From the IMG/VR virus record IMGVR_UViG_2698536665_000003, positions 99,816 through 163,815 of that record: DNA of 64,000 nucleotides; one strand, given 5' to 3'. A model generated the notes under the pieces. It did not search any database. It was not told the origin of the DNA and was given only the letters and a program-made list of their open reading frames with translations. Source of the stretch: a virus. The position numbers and the translations under genes were made by a program. How positions within the stretch are numbered: the first letter of the stretch is position 1; each line of letters opens with the position of its first letter. Below, one piece after another: positions 63,644-64,000 of this stretch.

Positions 63644-63718
63644 ACCGAAGTAAGTTCAACAGGCAGACTCAACGATGTAACAATCGGTGGCGTGTAGGTT
63701 CGACTCCTGCCTTCGGTA
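63644..63718 (+). tRNA. tRNA, anticodon unresolved (possibly Tyr GTA)
   Basis: ACCGAAG/CTTCGGT acceptor and GTAGGTTCGACTCCTGC T-arm; irregular anticodon arm CGATGTAACAATCG. Confidence 0.6.
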
Positions 63719-63721
63719 CCT

Positions 63722-63795
63722 GGCTCTTTAGCTCAGTTGGTTAGAGCGTTCCCCTCATAAGGGAGAGGTCGATTGTTCGATTCAATCAAGAGCCA
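63722..63795 (+). tRNA. tRNA with CAT anticodon (Met or Ile2), CCA not encoded
   Basis: GGCTCTT/AAGAGCC acceptor; TTCCC CTCATAA GGGAG. Confidence 0.92.
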
Positions 63796-63805
63796 TTAAT
63801 TATAT

Positions 63806-63880
63806 TGGGAATTAGCCAAGCGGTAAGGCAAGAGACTTTGACTCTCTGATGCGGTAGTTCGAATCTATCATTCCCAGCCA
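63806..63880 (+). tRNA. tRNA-Gln(TTG), CCA encoded
   Basis: TGGGAAT/ATTCCCA acceptor; AGAGA CTTTGAC TCTCT. Confidence 0.93.
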
Positions 63881-63890
63881 ATTATATTAT

Positions 63891-63964
63891 GGGTTTTAAA
63901 GCAAGAAGAGGTTGGTGCACTGAATGGCCACAGAATTCCTAGGTTCGAATCCTAGTAAAACCCG
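63891..63964 (+). tRNA. tRNA, anticodon unresolved
   Basis: GGGTTTT/AAAACCC acceptor, CTAGGTTCGAATCCTAG T-arm; irregular anticodon arm CTGAATGGCCACAG. Confidence 0.6.
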
Positions 63965-63979
63965 TCCTTAGCACCATAT

Positions 63980-64000
63980 GCGCCCGTAGCTCAATTGGAT
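63980..64000 (+). tRNA. tRNA 5' end truncated by the window edge
   Basis: GCGCCCGTAGCTCAATTGGAT. Confidence 0.8.

Overview
AT-rich Firmicutes (probably Bacillus cereus group) extrachromosomal element, most simply a giant plasmid or phage-plasmid. The backbone has RepA_N-like initiator, ParM-like actin and ParR-like genes on the minus strand. It also carries its own replication and tRNA maintenance genes: a Dda/RecD-like helicase, dnaE, ligA, RNase H, CCA-adding enzyme, a Thg1-like protein and a dense tRNA array starting at 62.6 kb. The main candidate system is a PRTRC-type ubiquitin-like conjugation apparatus. At 26.0-31.9 kb there is a head-to-tail polyprotein of four near-identical Ubl domains, an E2-like (PRTRC-B-like) protein, a JAMM peptidase with an exact HSH-x7-S-x2-D motif, and an E1/ThiF. 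A second, divergent E2-Ubl-E1 set lies at 56.4-58.5 kb. A second highlight is a retron-like/unassigned reverse transcriptase gene (43.25-46.18 kb), preceded by a GC-rich hairpin-rich leader. Its YADD catalytic box is split by a group II intron that encodes its own RT. Other points: dnaE is split by a group I intron with a LAGLIDADG endonuclease and base-resolved boundaries; there is a large ORF-free structured RNA candidate at 33.1-33.6 kb, a Rap-Phr quorum cassette, and a SLOG-like+Macro fusion. Five apparent frameshifts all look like one extra A in an A7/A8 run. Family names come from motif recognition in the translated sequence; no database search was run.
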